Positions 60,002 through 64,000 of a DNA stretch of 64,000 bases are shown here, one piece after another. The notes below the pieces were generated by a model. That model was not told where the DNA came from. It was given only the letters and a program-made list of their open reading frames with translations, and did no database searches. Each line of letters starts with the position of its first letter. Within the stretch, counting starts at the first letter, position 1. A program made the position numbers and the translations under genes. The stretch is from Longimicrobiales bacterium (GTDB lineage: Bacteria; Gemmatimonadota; Gemmatimonadetes; Longimicrobiales; Gaopeijiaceae): assembly GCA_965238005.1 (NCBI GenBank), contig OZ250165.1:1088001-1152000 (forward strand), read 5' to 3'.

Positions 60002-60448
60002 ATGGACCGGACGACCGTTCTCGTCGTCGAAGACAACCGAGACCACGCTGCCCTCATCGAGGCGGTGTTCGCTCGCGGGTTCTCGGAGGTGCGCGTGCAC
60101 GTAGCCGTCAGGGGCGAGGGGGCGAAGCGATATCTTCGGGGCGAGTGGCCCTCGTACGAGGACGACGAGGAGTACTATTCCCTCCCGACGATCATTGTGC
60201 TGGATCTCTGGCTTCCCGACACGACGGGCTTCGAGATCCTCGAGTGGATGAACGAGAGAGAGCGACTGGCCGACATCCCCGTCATCGTGTTCACCTCCTC
60301 GACCAATCCGGAGCACATAAAGAGAGCGTACGCTCTCGGGGTGCGCCGCTGCATGCAGAAGCCGCCGAACTTTGGCGACCTGGTGGAGGCGGTGAAGGAA
60401 GAGATCGCTGCGATGAGCGAGCCCACGTCCGGCTCGGCCGCCGGCTGA
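60002..60448 (+). CDS. Single-domain response regulator
   Basis: VVEDN, LDLWLP, FTSS, KP. Confidence 0.9.
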   Translation: MDRTTVLVVEDNRDHAALIEAVFARGFSEVRVHVAVRGEGAKRYLRGEWPSYEDDEEYYSLPTIIVLDLWLPDTTGFEILEWMNERERLADIPVIVFTSSTNPEHIKRAYALGVRRCMQKPPNFGDLVEAVKEEIAAMSEPTSGSAAG

Positions 60449-60730
60449 GCGCGAGTCGCTAACGTCCCGACCGGTCACCCGTTCAGCCGTACCCACTTCC
60501 GCCGCTCCCCCCCGGCCAATGCCGATCACCGATCCTCAGTCACCCCCGGGTTTCGCCAGGAGGAGCGAGAAGTCCTAAGAGCCAGGGTGGACACTCGCTC
60601 CATGGACGTCCGGTAGGCCTCCAGGTCCGTGCCCCGGGAGAAAAGGTAGATCGGCCCCTCATAGAACGAGTCGCCCGTGAAGAGCAATCCAGTGCCGGCG
60701 CGAAGGCTTGTAAACTCAGTCGGAGCACCT

Positions 60731-60752
60731 TACTTGGCACCGTAAAGTACTT
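60731..60752 (+). promoter_or_regulatory. Candidate operator similar to the one at 9372
   Basis: TACTTGG-N5-TAAAGTA-CTT, 16 of 22 positions identical to 9372-9393; lies just upstream of the AAGGAGG RBS. Confidence 0.5.
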
Positions 60753-60767
60753 TAATGAAGGAGGAAT

Positions 60768-61202
60768 GTGGACCGAGAGAGGACGATGGCACGGCTGAAG
60801 CGCTACGGGACGATGTACGCAGGTGCGGTGGTGGCCGTGGTGATTCTCGCCAACCTGGGGTGGGTCCCCGGCAGCGGGGAGCCAGGGCAGGGTCTCTTCC
60901 AGCACCCGTATCGACTTTCCATGGGCGTCGTCACGGTGATCCTGGCATCTTCGCTGGGAGCCTGGTCTGCGGCTTTCGGCATCCTTCGGGGGGGCTGGAT
61001 GTACGGCCTGGCAGCGTTGTTCGTCGGCGGGATCCTCACCGGCGTCGCCCTGGAGTTCACGCCCTACATACTCTACCCGGACGATCAGTACTCGGTGGCG
61101 TTTCTGTGGCTGATATCGGGTGCGCCAATGGGTATGATCGCCTGGGGAGCCTTCACTTGCGGCGCCAGGATGACCGGCGACACTGGAGCCGTGGCCGCTT
61201 GA
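60768..61202 (+). CDS. Four-helix membrane protein, hypothetical
   Basis: AAGGAGG then GTG; four hydrophobic segments; followed by a terminator. Confidence 0.75.
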   Translation: MDRERTMARLKRYGTMYAGAVVAVVILANLGWVPGSGEPGQGLFQHPYRLSMGVVTVILASSLGAWSAAFGILRGGWMYGLAALFVGGILTGVALEFTPYILYPDDQYSVAFLWLISGAPMGMIAWGAFTCGARMTGDTGAVAA

Positions 61203-61246
61203 TGTCGCGCGGGTGGCTCGCCCACCTCCAACTCCTCTCCCATCCG

Positions 61247-61271
61247 AAGGGCCCCTTCCGGGGCCCCTTTT
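61247..61271 (+). terminator. Rho-independent terminator
   Basis: GGGCCCC-TTCC-GGGGCCC followed by CTTTT. Confidence 0.7.
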
Positions 61272-61299
61272 CCGTTGCGCCATCTTCCAGGTGCGCATA

Positions 61300-61485
61300 G
61301 CCCGTAGGAGCCCTCGGGGCCACTCCCTCGTGGCGGGTCTGGCCTTCGTCTACGCGGCCTGGGCGATCATGGGAGCAGGAAGGGACGCGGTTTACTGGGG
61401 TAGCCTATTGCTCCTGGCGGGCATTCCCGTTTTCGTTTGGTTGAAGAGACGCTCTTCCCCGGAATTCGACGACACCCACTCATGA
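61300..61485 (+). pseudogene. C-terminal remnant of an APC antiporter (ArcD-like)
   Basis: [36 protein letters not shown], the last two helices of basic amino acid antiporters, lies directly before arcA. Confidence 0.7.
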
Positions 61486-61501
61486 TATCGGAGCCCCCGC
61501 C

Positions 61502-62845
61502 TTGGCTGTTGGCAGTCCAGACGAGCTGACGTCGCCTGCCCAGGAGCAGTTGGGGTTGGACGTCTCTCCCCCGGAGGGCCAGGAGGTGCAGCCGCCCGTA
61601 TTCGGCGTGGACTCAGAGGTGGGCCGACTCCGCAAGGTGCTGGTCCATCGTCCTGACTTGAGCCTTCAGAGACTCACCCCGTCGAACGCCCAGGAGCTCC
61701 TCTTCGACGACGTTCTGTGGGTCCGCAAAGCCAGGGAGCAGCACGATGTCTTCGTGGATCATCTGCGAGAACGGGGCGTCGAGGTGTACCTGCTGCGGGA
61801 TCTGCTCTCCGAGACGCTGACCCTGAACGAGCAAGCGCGCCAGGCCGCGGTCGAGCGGGTCGTGACGGAGATGACGGTAGGTGTCTCCCTCGTGGACGAG
61901 ATACGGGCGTACCTCCTCGAGATGGATCCGGATCAACTAGCTACCCATCTCATCGGTGGCCTTGCCCAGAGGGAGGTGGAGGGGCTGGACCTGGGCCGCT
62001 CTCTCACGGCCCGAGCCGAGGAGCATGCGGCGTTCATCCTGCCTCCACTCCCAAACTCACTCTTCACGCGAGACTCCTCGTGCTGGATTTCCGACGGGGT
62101 GACCCTGAACCCCATGTACTACCGGGTGCGCCGCCTGGAGACCGTGAACGTGGGCCTCATCTACACCGGCCATCCGCTGTTCGTGGGAGCCGACTTCGAG
62201 TTCTGGTACCCGCGGGAAGACGGGGACGGCGACCGGAGCGCCGAGGACTTCGGCCGGGCCTCCCTCGAAGGGGGTGACGTCATGCCCATCGGGAACAAGA
62301 CGGTTCTCATGGGCCTGAGCCAGCGGACCACGGCCCGCATGGTCGAGCTTCTCGCCAAGACCCTGTTCGACGCGGGCGTGGCCGAGCGTGTGATCGCCTG
62401 CGAGATGGATCGTGACCGGGCGCACATGCACCTGGACACGGTGTTCACCATGGTGGACGTAGATGCCGTCACGGTCTACCCGAATGTCGTGGATGCCATC
62501 AAGGCGTATAGCCTGCGGCCCTCGGATCGGGATGACGGGCAGCTGTGCATTTGGGAGGAGAAGAGCTTCCTCGACGCGGTGCAGGATGCGCTGGGCGTGG
62601 CCGAGCTACGTGTCATCGGCACGGGGGGCGACGAGTTCCAAGCCGAGCGGGAGCAGTGGGACGACGGAAACAACATTCTCGCCATCGAGCCGGGCGTGGT
62701 CGTGGCGTATTCGAAGAACGAGTACACGAACACGAGACTCCGGAAAGCCGGCATCGAGGTCATCACGATTGATGGGTCGGAGCTGGGGCGGGGCAGGGGT
62801 GGTGGGCATTGTATGACCTGCCCGCTCTTGCGGGATCCTGTATGA
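61502..62845 (+). CDS. arcA: Arginine deiminase
   Basis: [49 protein letters not shown]; start uncertain. Confidence 0.96.
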   Translation: MAVGSPDELTSPAQEQLGLDVSPPEGQEVQPPVFGVDSEVGRLRKVLVHRPDLSLQRLTPSNAQELLFDDVLWVRKAREQHDVFVDHLRERGVEVYLLRDLLSETLTLNEQARQAAVERVVTEMTVGVSLVDEIRAYLLEMDPDQLATHLIGGLAQREVEGLDLGRSLTARAEEHAAFILPPLPNSLFTRDSSCWISDGVTLNPMYYRVRRLETVNVGLIYTGHPLFVGADFEFWYPREDGDGDRSAEDFGRASLEGGDVMPIGNKTVLMGLSQRTTARMVELLAKTLFDAGVAERVIACEMDRDRAHMHLDTVFTMVDVDAVTVYPNVVDAIKAYSLRPSDRDDGQLCIWEEKSFLDAVQDALGVAELRVIGTGGDEFQAEREQWDDGNNILAIEPGVVVAYSKNEYTNTRLRKAGIEVITIDGSELGRGRGGGHCMTCPLLRDPV

Positions 62846-63843
62846 CGTTAGACCTGAGGGGGCGGAACTTCCTGAAGCTCGAGGATTTTGCTCCGGAGGA
62901 GATCCGATACCTCCTCGACCTCGCCGCCGAGCTGAAGACGGCGAAGGCGGGCGGCACCGAGGAGCCGCGCCTGACGGGCAAGAACATCGCCCTCATCTTC
63001 GAGAAGCCGTCCACCCGAACCCGATGCGCGTTCGAGGTGGCGGCGCACGACCAGGGTGCCTTCGTCACGTACCTCGGGCCCAGCGGCTCACAGATCGGCC
63101 ACAAGGAGTCCATAAAGGACACCGCCAGGGTGCTGGGCCGCATGTACGACGGCATCGAGTATCGGGGTTTCGGTCAGGCCATCGTGGAGGAGCTCGGTGC
63201 CTTCGCGGGCGTTCCGGTCTGGAACGGCCTCACGGACGAGTTTCATCCGACGCAGATCCTAGCCGACTTCCTCACCATGGAGGAGCACGCCGGGAAGCCC
63301 CTCTCGGACATCTCATACTGCTACCTGGGAGATGCCCGGAACAACGTGGGGAACTCGCTCATGGTGGGCGGGGCGAAGATGGGTATGGACGTCCGGCTGG
63401 CCGCACCAGAGGTGTGCTGGCCCAAGAGCGGACTGGTGGCCAAGAGCGAGGGGTTCGCCGCCGCGGCCGGAGGAACCGTCACGCTGACTGTGGACGTGGA
63501 GAAGGCAGTCAGGAACGTCGACTTCCTCTACACGGACGTGTGGGTGTCCATGGGCGAGCCCGAGTCCATGTGGGCGGAGCGGATCGAGTTGCTCCGGCCC
63601 TACCAAGCGAACTCCGAAGTGCTGGCCCAGACGGGAGATCCTCCGGCCAGGTTCCTGCACTGCCTTCCGGCGTTCCACGACCGCCAGACCGCCGTGGGCG
63701 AGGACATCTTCCAGAAGTTCGGCCTCGACGGGATGGAGGTGACGGACGAGGTGTTCGAGGGCGAGCACTCCATCGTGTTCGACCAGGCGGAAAACCGCGT
63801 GCACACCATCAAGGCCGTGATGGTGGCCACACTGGCCGGATAA
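62842..63843 (+). CDS. arcB: Ornithine carbamoyltransferase (catabolic context)
   Basis: [27 protein letters not shown]. Confidence 0.95.
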   Translation: MTLDLRGRNFLKLEDFAPEEIRYLLDLAAELKTAKAGGTEEPRLTGKNIALIFEKPSTRTRCAFEVAAHDQGAFVTYLGPSGSQIGHKESIKDTARVLGRMYDGIEYRGFGQAIVEELGAFAGVPVWNGLTDEFHPTQILADFLTMEEHAGKPLSDISYCYLGDARNNVGNSLMVGGAKMGMDVRLAAPEVCWPKSGLVAKSEGFAAAAGGTVTLTVDVEKAVRNVDFLYTDVWVSMGEPESMWAERIELLRPYQANSEVLAQTGDPPARFLHCLPAFHDRQTAVGEDIFQKFGLDGMEVTDEVFEGEHSIVFDQAENRVHTIKAVMVATLAG

Positions 63844-63855
63844 CCCCGGACGGTC

Positions 63856-64000
63856 ATGCGCATCGTCGTGGCCCTGGGGGGGAACGCTCTTCTGCGGCGA
63901 GGTGAGCCGCCGACCGCCAAGGTGCAGCGCAGGAACGTACGGATCGCGGCGAATTCCCTGGCACCCGTTGCCCGGGAGCACCAGCTCGTCATCACACACG
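63856..64000 (+). CDS. arcC: Carbamate kinase, N-terminal part (runs off the right edge)
   Basis: [25 protein letters not shown] after arcAB. Confidence 0.92.
   Translation, partial: MRIVVALGGNALLRRGEPPTAKVQRRNVRIAANSLAPVAREHQLVITH

Noticed and set aside
1..64000. tRNA, rRNA, IS, integrase or prophage
   Set aside because: No such sequences were recognised by eye; a tRNAscan or Infernal run would be needed to exclude small RNAs.

Overview
High-GC bacterial chromosomal segment. The gene set (choice-of-anchor B protein, TolB-like/TPR membrane protein, many signal-peptide peptidases) suggests Gemmatimonadota, which is inference only. It holds about 50 mostly housekeeping or metabolic genes: nnrE, an Fpg/Nei glycosylase, ppk1/sixA/CHAD, pdxH, fhs, tdh-kbl, two Thr/Ser dehydratases, mhqO/mhqD-like genes and arcABC. 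I found no rRNA, tRNA, CRISPR array or transposase. The main result is two genes that the ORF track splits at an in-frame TGA and that read as selenoproteins, each with a SECIS-like hairpin just 3' of the UGA. (1) A DUF2652 (CxCxxC)–ArsM-like SAM methyltransferase fusion at 49335-50750. Its methyltransferase domain has no Cys and has Sec at the last catalytic-Cys position of ArsM; the gene also has an in-frame TAG at codon 12 and a multi-hairpin leader. (2) A secreted DUF3179 protein with a U-P-A-C motif at 22388-23440. The window also shows much decay: internally deleted genes (NAD-linked formate dehydrogenase, cyclase, symporter, arcD), frameshifts, nonsense codons and substitutions in conserved motifs. 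Candidate operators and a 7x16-bp tandem repeat are also present. All family calls come from motif recognition by eye; no searches were run.
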